Source: an uncultured Gammaproteobacteria bacterium
GTDB taxonomy: Bacteria; Patescibacteriota; Patescibacteriia; Magasanikbacterales; GWA2-37-8
Direction of reading: 5' to 3'
DNA: 64,000 nucleotides
NCBI GenBank assembly: GCA_964478235.1
Contig: CAYZGX010000003.1
Coordinates: 5,914 to 69,913 of the forward strand
A program made the position numbers and the translations under genes. The notes beneath the pieces were generated by a model. The model made no database searches and had not been told where the DNA came from. It worked only from the letters and a program-made list of their open reading frames with translations. Below, one piece after another: positions 45,621 through 52,572 of this stretch; within the stretch, counting starts at the first letter, position 1; every line of letters starts with the position of its first letter.

Positions 45621-45884
45621 TTATTTTCGTTTAAGACGATAGACTTTTAAAATTTCGGTGATAGCTTTGGTTTCTTTGCCAGCTTTCATTTGATCGACAA
45701 CGCATCCGCCAAGATGGTTTTCCATAATAGCATCTTCAATATTGGAGAGTGCTTGTTTGGCGGCTGAGGTTTGGGTGATGATATCGATACAATATGCTCC
45801 TTTGGTGAGCATGTCTTGAAGGCCGCGAATTTGACCTTCGACAATTTTGAGACGACGAATAAGTTTTGGGTTAGTAGTTTTCAT
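45621..45884 (-). CDS. csoR: CsoR-family copper-sensing transcriptional repressor
   Basis: Metal-ligand triad Cys (AYCIDI)...His...Cys (ENHLGGC) at CsoR spacing. 87 aa from MKTTNPK. ORF track extends to 45956 but 45884 has the native N-terminus. Confidence 0.85.
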   Translation of the reverse strand: MKTTNPKLIRRLKIVEGQIRGLQDMLTKGAYCIDIITQTSAAKQALSNIEDAIMENHLGGCVVDQMKAGKETKAITEILKVYRLKRK

Positions 45885-45898
45885 AGTGAATGTACTGT

Positions 45899-45916
45899 AT
45901 ACCCCCAGGGGGGTAT
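45899..45916 (-). promoter_or_regulatory. Putative CsoR operator (GC-rich pseudo-palindrome) 15 nt upstream of csoR
   Basis: ATACCCCC-AG-GGGGGTAT (8-2-8 inverted repeat). Resembles known CsoR operators of the form TACCC…GGGTA. Confidence 0.55.
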
Positions 45917-45978
45917 TGTCAAACACACCAAGTGGATAACTAAAAACAGCCTTCAAAATGAAAGCTGTTTTTAGTGTT

Positions 45979-46052
45979 TGGAGCGGGCGACGGGAGTCGA
46001 ACCCGTGTCACCAGTTTGGAAAACTGGGATAATAGCCGTTATATGACGCCCG
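45979..46052 (-). tRNA. tRNA-Gly (anticodon TCC), CCA encoded
   Basis: Reverse complement GCGGGCGTCATATAACGGCTATTATCCCAGTTTTCCAAACTGGTGACACGGGTTCGACTCCCGTCGCCCGCTCCA. Anticodon stem CCAGT/ACTGG, loop TTTCCAA. T-loop TTCGACT. Discriminator U. Confidence 0.85.
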
Positions 46053-46286
46053 CAGTGAGTGAAAAGTAAGTTTACTTACTTTTCTGAACGAAGAGGTGCG
46101 CATACACCTGAGCATATGACACCCGCACTATTCGTGAAGACAGTATACTAAATTAGCCTGTTATGTCAATCAGTCGTTGGCTTCTGTGCATAAACCACCC
46201 ACAAAACCCTTGTCATTTAGGATTCTTTTTTCTATAATGCTTCGCAAGTAGTTTTTTCTAACCTCTATCCCAGGCTGGAGGCCTGC

Positions 46287-46538
46287 ATGCGAAATCTTGG
46301 CACAGAAGTCCTCGCAAGTGTTATTGTGGTGGTAGTTCTCTCCGAAGAGGTTCCGTCACCCGAAGAAGTCGTCGAGTTTGCTCGTCGGGAAAATGCTGTC
46401 TTCAAGCGCTCGGACAAAAAACAAGGCTCGGAATATGTGATGCTCAAGCGAGCTCATGAGGCCGAGCCGGCCAAGTGGGGAGTGCAAACGCTCTTGAGTC
46501 GACACGGTCGCCACCTGTGGTCGAGCCGTAGCGGCTAA
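46287..46538 (+). CDS. Hypothetical small protein (83 aa) in a locally GC-rich segment; could alternatively be a structured RNA
   Basis: ORF preceded by TTGTCA-17-TATAAT (46210-46238). No recognisable domain. Composition differs from neighbours. Confidence 0.25.
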   Translation: MRNLGTEVLASVIVVVVLSEEVPSPEEVVEFARRENAVFKRSDKKQGSEYVMLKRAHEAEPAKWGVQTLLSRHGRHLWSSRSG

Positions 46539-46790
46539 TAAAGCTGCACTCTATGAACTACTGACGGACGGATATGCGATTATGCTTGTTTTTTTGGCAA
46601 ACCCGCCCGTCCCGTCACCAGTGTACACAAATAAATTGCGTATACCGGGGACAAAACATCCGGTCACTCAGATAGTGCCGGATTTTTTAATTGTTGCCTT
46701 TAGGCTCGACGTGTTACCATAGAGTAATGTTACTTTTTAGCCGGTCAACTCGTAGTACATTATAGAGAAGAACGTTACTATCTCCCACGT

Positions 46791-47363
46791 ATGCATACAA
46801 CCGACGAACAAGCCTTGGTGGCAGCTGCCCAAAAAGGCGACAAACAGGCCTTTGGTGTGCTCTATGAAGCCTACCTCAAGGCTATCTATACGTTTATCTA
46901 CTACAAAACACACCACAAAGAAACTGCCGAAGATGTGACTAGTCAGGCGTTTATAAAAGCCTACGACAACCTCACTTCGTATTCGCCGGACAAAGGAACT
47001 TTTTCCGCCTGGCTCTATCGCATTGCCCGCAATACTGTTTTTGATCATTTCCGCGCTATAAAGACAACACAAGATGTGGAAGATGCTTGGGATCTCTCAA
47101 GCGGTGAAGATGTCCTGCGCGACACCCACCACCGAACACTGCTCGAAGATGTTCAAAAATACTTAAAGACCCTCTCAGCCGAACAGCGAGAAATTATCAT
47201 CCTCCGCTTGTGGCAGGAAAAAAGTTTTGCTGAAATCGCTGAAATTCTTGGTAAAAGCGAAGCTGGTTGCAAGATGATGTTCGGTCGAACGATTCTAAAA
47301 CTTCGCGAAACAATGCCGCCAGCTATCCTCACCCTCCTCCTATCCAACGCCTTATTCAGATAA
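46791..47363 (+). CDS. ECF-subfamily RNA polymerase sigma-70 factor
   Basis: Region 2 (FGVLYEAYLKAIYTFIYYKTHHKETAEDVTSQAFIKAY) and region 4 HTH (SFAEIAEILGKSEAGCKMMFGRT). 190 aa. Confidence 0.9.
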   Translation: MHTTDEQALVAAAQKGDKQAFGVLYEAYLKAIYTFIYYKTHHKETAEDVTSQAFIKAYDNLTSYSPDKGTFSAWLYRIARNTVFDHFRAIKTTQDVEDAWDLSSGEDVLRDTHHRTLLEDVQKYLKTLSAEQREIIILRLWQEKSFAEIAEILGKSEAGCKMMFGRTILKLRETMPPAILTLLLSNALFR

Positions 47364-47374
47364 GCCTTTATTGT

Positions 47375-48928
47375 ATGAAAACACCATTAGATACCCTGCT
47401 CGACGAACTCTACGCTATTGACGCAACACTGCGTGAGCACGAGCCGGCTCTTAAAAAATTATTAGAAAAAATGTTAGTTAGTCGTCCGTTAATTCAACCT
47501 GATGAAGTTTTTGCTCGTCGGCTTAAAGCTGAGCTCCTGGCTCGGCCACTGGCCACTTCGGCAGAGGCACATCAATCTTTCTTTACTCGGTTTATGTCAC
47601 AAAAAACAATGTTTGCTCTGGCTGGATCAGCCTTGGCGCTGGTACTCGTCGTAACCGTGGTCACCAAACAAGGTACCACCAAAAATGCCCTTCATTTTGG
47701 TAGTATGGCTGTTGCTCGTTTGGACAACAATGCCTTTGGAACACTCGGCAGTGCTGGCGGTGACGCCTCCGCTCCAATGCTTGGCGCCCCCGAAGCTATG
47801 TCGGCGCGAGTTGGTGGTGGCACTGCTCCGATTGCCTCTTTTGCTGTCGAAAGCTCTGGTATGGTTGATAGTAAAATGGCTATCATGGCTCCGTATTACA
47901 ACTATTCATTTGTCTATGTCGGCGAAAAGCTCGAATTGACTGATGAAAAATTAGATGTTTTGAAACGTATCAAAAGCGACAGTGGAGATCGCTCACTCGC
48001 TCAGGCTTTAAACAGTGTTTCCTTCGGTGGAATTAATCTTGGTAACTTTAGAAATGCCGGGGTGACGTCGTTTGAACTTTCCGAAGATGCTGATGAAGGT
48101 TATCAGGCGAGTGTTAATTTGCGCGAAGGCACAATGAGTATCAACCAAAACTGGACTCGTTGGATTAAACCAATGGTTCTGCCAGTTGATTGCGCTCCAG
48201 GTGTCGCTTGTGCTCAATCAAATGTTCAACAACAGCTAGCGTTGGCCGATATACCAGCTGACAGCGAAGTTATCGCTTTGAGCGATAGTTTCCTCAAAAA
48301 ATATGGTATCAATCTTTCTTCGTATGGTGCGCCAGAGGTAGAAAATGAATGGCGCCGAACGTATGAAGCGCAAAGCAGTCAGCCAGGCTTTATGCCTTAC
48401 ATTCCAGAAGTTTTGACCGTGACGTATCCACTCACTTTACGTGGCGCCGACGTGTACGATCAAGGTGGTAGTAAAAATGGGCTGCGCGTGAGTGTTAATA
48501 TCCGCGACAAAAAAGTCTTGAGTGTTTGGCAAATTCAAAATCAGGATTATCAAGCATCAGCCTACGACGCCGAAACTGACGCTAGCCGTATCTTGAAATT
48601 TGCTGAAAACGGTGGCTATACTGGCATCTATTATCTGCGAGAAGGTGGCAAAGAAAAAAAGGTAGAACTCGGCACACCTGAGCGCATTCATGTGGTGATG
48701 TGGCACTATGATAACGGAGTGTCCCACGAGCTCTATGTTCCAGCTCTCAGATTCCCAATCAAAAATCAACCAGCCGAACTCTATCAGAAAAATGTTATTG
48801 TCCCACTCGTCAAAGAAATGTTGAAAGATGGACAAGGTAATTATCCGATCATGTATATGAAAGGATCAGCTGGTAGTGGTGTCGCTGAGCCAGCGGTTAT
48901 GATGACCGCCCCGGCCTCTCCACGTTAA
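47375..48928 (+). CDS. Putative membrane-anchored anti-sigma factor with large extracytoplasmic domain
   Basis: Immediately downstream of the ECF sigma (11-nt gap). ~85-aa cytoplasmic N-domain, single TM (MFALAGSALALVLVVTVVT), ~400-aa external domain. Confidence 0.5.
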   Translation: MKTPLDTLLDELYAIDATLREHEPALKKLLEKMLVSRPLIQPDEVFARRLKAELLARPLATSAEAHQSFFTRFMSQKTMFALAGSALALVLVVTVVTKQGTTKNALHFGSMAVARLDNNAFGTLGSAGGDASAPMLGAPEAMSARVGGGTAPIASFAVESSGMVDSKMAIMAPYYNYSFVYVGEKLELTDEKLDVLKRIKSDSGDRSLAQALNSVSFGGINLGNFRNAGVTSFELSEDADEGYQASVNLREGTMSINQNWTRWIKPMVLPVDCAPGVACAQSNVQQQLALADIPADSEVIALSDSFLKKYGINLSSYGAPEVENEWRRTYEAQSSQPGFMPYIPEVLTVTYPLTLRGADVYDQGGSKNGLRVSVNIRDKKVLSVWQIQNQDYQASAYDAETDASRILKFAENGGYTGIYYLREGGKEKKVELGTPERIHVVMWHYDNGVSHELYVPALRFPIKNQPAELYQKNVIVPLVKEMLKDGQGNYPIMYMKGSAGSGVAEPAVMMTAPASPR

Positions 48929-49005
48929 GCAAAGTAAGCACGACAAACCCTGTACGAAAGTGACAGGGTTTGTTATTGTTGAGGAGTTACACGTAATTGT
49001 TTTTT

Positions 49006-49404
49006 ATGAAAATTATTGCTGAGTTTAAAGAGTTTATTGCCAAAGGCAATGTGTTTGATCTGGCCATTGGCATCGTGGTGGGTGGTGGATTTGGTAAAGT
49101 TGTTTCGTCGCTCGTGAACGACATTATTATGCCACCAGTTGGCATGCTGGTTCGTGGAATAGATTTTAAAAATTTGAAAGTACTGCTCGTGCGCGGAGCC
49201 GAAGGTGCGCCTGATGTTACGCTTAATTATGGAAATTTTATTCAAACCATTATTGAGTTTGTGATTATTGCTGGTGCCGTCTTCGCGGTCATTAAAGGAA
49301 TTAATACCATGCGTCGAGCTAAGGCGGAAAAAACAAATGCTCCACCAGCTCCGTCTCGAGAAGAAAAATTGCTGACTGAAATTCGGGATTTACTGAAAAA
49401 ATAA
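49006..49404 (+). CDS. mscL: Large-conductance mechanosensitive channel
   Basis: KEFIAKGNVFDLAIGIVVGGGFGKVVSSLVNDIIMPP is the MscL signature. ORF opens at 48997. Confidence 0.9.
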   Translation: MKIIAEFKEFIAKGNVFDLAIGIVVGGGFGKVVSSLVNDIIMPPVGMLVRGIDFKNLKVLLVRGAEGAPDVTLNYGNFIQTIIEFVIIAGAVFAVIKGINTMRRAKAEKTNAPPAPSREEKLLTEIRDLLKK

Positions 49405-49418
49405 CGTCCAAAAATGAT

Positions 49419-49451
49419 TCGAGGGTGGCCGCATGTTGCGACCACCCTCGA
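49419..49451 (-). terminator. Perfect 10-bp hairpin between mscL and the convergent GC-rich gene
   Basis: TCGAGGGTGG-n13-CCACCCTCGA. On the minus strand it is followed by ATCATTTTTGG. Confidence 0.5.
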
Positions 49452-49486
49452 GTGTTATTGAGTCTCCGCCGATTGCTCGGTCGAGA

Positions 49487-50716
49487 CTACTTCTTCTTGT
49501 TCTTGTCGTTCTTCTTGCCGCTCTGCTCCTTGTTCTTCTTGGCCTTGGCCTCGGCGGCGAGGCGGGCCTTCTCCTTGGCCGAGAGCTTCTTCTCCACGCC
49601 CTCGGTGTTGTTGGCGAACGCGTCCGCCTTGGCCTTCTCGGCCTCCTCGGCGCGCTTCTTCGCGCGCTCCTCGGTGAGCATCTTGAGCTCCTCGAGGGTG
49701 AGGCCGCCGGCCTTGCCGTACATCTCCGCCTCGGCCGTCTCGCCGTTGTCGAGCTTGTTCATGGCCGCCGTCGTGAGCTTGTCGACGACCGTCTCGCCCG
49801 GGACCTTGTTCATCAGGCGGTCGATGCGCTTGTCGATGGTGTCGGCCACGACACCTGCCTCGGTGAGGCGCCGCTTGAGCTCGTCGAGCATCGGCTGCCG
49901 CTCCTCAGCCTTCTTCTTGGCGATCGCCAGCTTCTCCTCTTCGAGGCGCTTCGCTTCGGCGGCCTGCGCGGCCTCCTCGGCGATCTCCTCGGGGGTCTTC
50001 ATCATCGGGATCTTGAAGATCCAGAGGAAATCGCTCCCGAGGATGTTGCCCTTGATCCGGCTCATGACCTCCTTCGAGGTGCGGGCCTCGCGCGGGTCGT
50101 CGAAGCTGTAGACCTTCGTCAGCAGCTCATCGGCCGCGTCCTTGTAGGGCTGGAGCTTGCCCTTGTACGTGTTGAGCTCCTCCATGTACCCCGGGTTCTC
50201 CGCGGCCTGGGGGGACTTGCGCGCGTTCACGACCGCCGTGATCTGGCTGAGGAGCCAGTAGCGGAAGGCCGAGACGTTCTCCCAGTTCACGAACAGGAAT
50301 GCCGGGAGGACGATCTTGAACTTCTTCGCGATCGTCGTGGCGATGGCCTCGGCGTTCACGTGCTTCTCGTGGCTCTTCGGCGCGGCGGGCTTCGCGGGCT
50401 CGTCCTTCTTCTCCTCGGTCGGCGGCTTCAGCTCCTCCGCGGGCGCGGGGGTGGGCGTGGGCTGGACGAGGGTGAGGACGTTCGCGGACGCCGGCTCGGG
50501 CTCGGGGGGCTTCGCGCCCTCCATGCGCTCGAGCAGCTTCTTGACCTTGTCCGCACGCTCCTGGATCTTCCCTTCCGCCTTGCGACGGACGAGGTCGATC
50601 TCGTAGAGCTCGGTGGCCGGGGGGTCGCCCTCGGTGCGGAAGGTCTCAATCATCTTTTCGACCTCCTCGCGGGTGGGGGCAGGCAATTCGGTGCTCTTCG
50701 CGGCTTCGGCGGACAT
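49487..50716 (-). CDS. Lys/Glu/Ala/Pro-rich protein with a conserved-looking central domain, encoded in a GC-rich compositional island; function unknown
   Basis: Start ATG 50714-50716 preceded by GGAG. Alternative ATG at 50726-50728. Third codon positions almost exclusively G/C (Lys = AAG throughout, versus AAA in flanking genes). Histone-H1/AlgP-like AKPAAPK and KAKKNKEQSGKKNDKNKKK tails. Central W/F-rich region (…FLFVNWENVSAFRYWLLSQITAVVNARK…). Confidence 0.6.
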   Translation of the reverse strand: MSAEAAKSTELPAPTREEVEKMIETFRTEGDPPATELYEIDLVRRKAEGKIQERADKVKKLLERMEGAKPPEPEPASANVLTLVQPTPTPAPAEELKPPTEEKKDEPAKPAAPKSHEKHVNAEAIATTIAKKFKIVLPAFLFVNWENVSAFRYWLLSQITAVVNARKSPQAAENPGYMEELNTYKGKLQPYKDAADELLTKVYSFDDPREARTSKEVMSRIKGNILGSDFLWIFKIPMMKTPEEIAEEAAQAAEAKRLEEEKLAIAKKKAEERQPMLDELKRRLTEAGVVADTIDKRIDRLMNKVPGETVVDKLTTAAMNKLDNGETAEAEMYGKAGGLTLEELKMLTEERAKKRAEEAEKAKADAFANNTEGVEKKLSAKEKARLAAEAKAKKNKEQSGKKNDKNKKK

Positions 50717-50996
50717 AGGACGCTCCATTCGGTCGAACAGGGTCGACCGTGAGAAAATTTTTTTACAACACCACACCATGTGGCCAAAAGAGGTCCATCA
50801 AAGGATGAAACGCTTGTGGCCACACAGTAAAATGGTGTTTTTACGACAAAAAGGTAGTTGTAAAAGAACGGTTGATTATACCAAAAAAAAGCCCTTTTGT
50901 CAAGGGTAAAAAGGAGTATTTTGGCTAATATAAGGTATTTATTCACGGTTTAGGCAGATTATTTTTTGCTAAAGTGCATAGAATAAAGGGGATTTA

Positions 50997-51025
50997 TTGA
51001 CAAACTCTAGATTCCTTTGTATAAT
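50997..51025 (+). promoter_or_regulatory. Consensus sigma-70 promoter of the tRNA-Gly/tRNA-Met operon
   Basis: TTGACA (50997-51002), 17-nt spacer, TATAAT (51020-51025). tRNA starts 13 nt downstream. Confidence 0.7.
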
Positions 51026-51037
51026 GCTCACACTAAT

Positions 51038-51111
51038 GCGGTAGTAGTTCAGTTGGCTAGAACGTCTCCTTGCCAAGGAGAAGGTCGCCGGTTCGAATCC
51101 GGTCTGCCGCT
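51038..51111 (+). tRNA. tRNA-Gly (anticodon GCC)
   Basis: Acceptor GCGGTAG/CTGCCGC (one G-U). D-stem GTTC/GAAC. Anticodon loop TTGCCAA. T-arm GCCGG-TTCGAAT-CCGGT. Confidence 0.85.
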
Positions 51112-51173
51112 CTCATTAACAATGTATAAAGCCCAGAACTCTGTGGCTTTTTACATTTATAATGGACACATAT

Positions 51174-51247
51174 AGCGGGGTAGAGCAGCCCGGCAGCTCG
51201 CTTGGCTCATAACCAAGAGGTCATTGGTTCAAATCCAATCCCCGCAA
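51174..51247 (+). tRNA. tRNA-Met (anticodon CAT) with initiator-like features
   Basis: Anticodon stem CTTGG/CCAAG, loop CTCATAA. T-arm ATTGG-TTCAAAT-CCAAT. A11:U24 and an unpaired 1:72 (A·A) resemble initiator tRNA, but only 2 of 3 G-C pairs at 29-31:39-41. Confidence 0.7.
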
Positions 51248-51249
51248 CA

Positions 51250-51287
51250 AAATCTAAAGACACCCCACAAGGGTGTCTTTAGATTTT
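51250..51287 (+). terminator. Intrinsic terminator after the tRNA operon
   Basis: AAATCTAAAGACACCC-cacaa-GGGTGTCTTTAGATTT followed by T. Confidence 0.65.
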
Positions 51288-51444
51288 ATAGCAGGCGGGG
51301 ATTAGATTAAGGGGGTGGTGGGCCTGTGCCCCGAGGGGTAGGAAGTATTCCCCCATATTGCTGAGGATGAGTATTGAGAAACCCGAAAGGTTTCTCAAGG
51401 AGGAACGAAGTGACGACTTCCAATCCCACTCCTATCTCATCGCA

Positions 51445-51486
51445 CAAAAAAATACCACCCAATCGGGTGGTATTGTGTTTTTCACA
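51445..51486. terminator. Bidirectional intrinsic terminator (serves the AI-2E gene on the minus strand)
   Basis: ACAAAAAAA-ATACCACCC-aatc-GGGTGGTAT-TGTGTTTTT. Confidence 0.65.
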
Positions 51487-51487
51487 A

Positions 51488-52537
51488 TTAATTTTTTGTC
51501 AGCTCTTCACGATAATGGTGTTCGTACATTTCCCAAAACGACTGGAAGAGAGCGGCAATAATCGGACCCATCACAAAACCAGAGACTCCGAAGAAGGCGA
51601 TGCCTCCAAGCGTGGAGAAGAGAATAATAATCGGGTGCATGTGGAGATCTTGGCCAACCAGAATTGGGCGAAGGAAATTATCAATAATACTAATGAATGC
51701 TGCGCCCACTAAAATGAGAATTGCTGATCTGACATTGCCCATAAGGAGCATAACTACTCCAGCTGGAAATAAGACGATAAACGAACTAGTGGCTGGAATG
51801 ACCGACAAAACCATCATAATAATACTCCAGATAAAAGCTCCGGGAATACCGGTGACAGCGAATAGAATGCCGCCGAGCGCACCTTGAAGAACGCCGATAA
51901 CCAGAGTGCTTTTAATCGCTGCTTGCGCTGTTGCGGTAAACTTTTTATAGAGCATCATTTCGTAGCGATCGCCCAACGGCAGAAGGTACATAATTTTTTT
52001 GAGCATCTCTTCACCGTCTTTGAGGAAATAGAATAGTGTGTAGAGCATGATAATAAACATTACCATGAAAATAAGCGAGTTCTGGGTGAGGGTGGTGATG
52101 ACGTTAATACTAAATGTGGCAATAGCTTGGCTCGCTTCCGCAGCTTTTTGCACAAGTGTGTCTGAGTTAATCGGTAAGTCAGAGAAGATAGGGCGAGAAT
52201 TAATATAGGCGCCGGCACTTTTTACAAAAGCAATAATTGAATTTTGGTTGTTAGTTAAAGTTTTGTATAAATCTTTTGATTCGTTCACCAGCAAAAATGA
52301 AGCAAAAGTGAGTGGAACAAGAATCATGATGGTGACAATGCCAATCGTAATAAGAGCGCTTACGTTACGGTTTTTAATTTTATGATTAATTCGTTTGAAC
52401 GCTGGATAGAATAGCGCTGCCACCACTGCTGCCCAAAAAATTGGATAGGCAAATGGGCGAAGGAGAGCGAGGAGCATCGCGGTGACCGACAGCAAAATAC
52501 CCAAAAATAGGTAGTTGCGGAGTTTGGTAAAATCCAT
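51488..52537 (-). CDS. AI-2E family transporter (PerM/YhhT-like, UPF0118)
   Basis: 8-TM topology. 349 aa. Pattern typical of the AI-2E family. Confidence 0.8.
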   Translation of the reverse strand: MDFTKLRNYLFLGILLSVTAMLLALLRPFAYPIFWAAVVAALFYPAFKRINHKIKNRNVSALITIGIVTIMILVPLTFASFLLVNESKDLYKTLTNNQNSIIAFVKSAGAYINSRPIFSDLPINSDTLVQKAAEASQAIATFSINVITTLTQNSLIFMVMFIIMLYTLFYFLKDGEEMLKKIMYLLPLGDRYEMMLYKKFTATAQAAIKSTLVIGVLQGALGGILFAVTGIPGAFIWSIIMMVLSVIPATSSFIVLFPAGVVMLLMGNVRSAILILVGAAFISIIDNFLRPILVGQDLHMHPIIILFSTLGGIAFFGVSGFVMGPIIAALFQSFWEMYEHHYREELTKN

Positions 52538-52572
52538 ACGAGAAAGGTTAATATGGGGGTACTATAGCAAAT

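Noticed and set aside
45621-45956. Extended 111-aa version of the csoR ORF
   Set aside because: The extra 24 N-terminal residues would run through the CsoR operator dyad. The ATG at 45882-45884 gives the canonical CsoR N-terminus.
49425-50752. Plus-strand ORFs 49425-50111 (228 aa) and 49433-50752 (439 aa), which are Leu/Arg/Gly-rich
   Set aside because: They are low-complexity translations of the antisense strand of the GC-rich gene. Open frames on both strands are expected at this GC content. The minus-strand frame has a coherent protein-like sequence, an RBS and a start codon.
51374-51887. Plus-strand ORFs 51374-51712 and 51600-51887
   Set aside because: They overlap the AI-2E transporter gene on the opposite strand and start in a structured non-coding segment.
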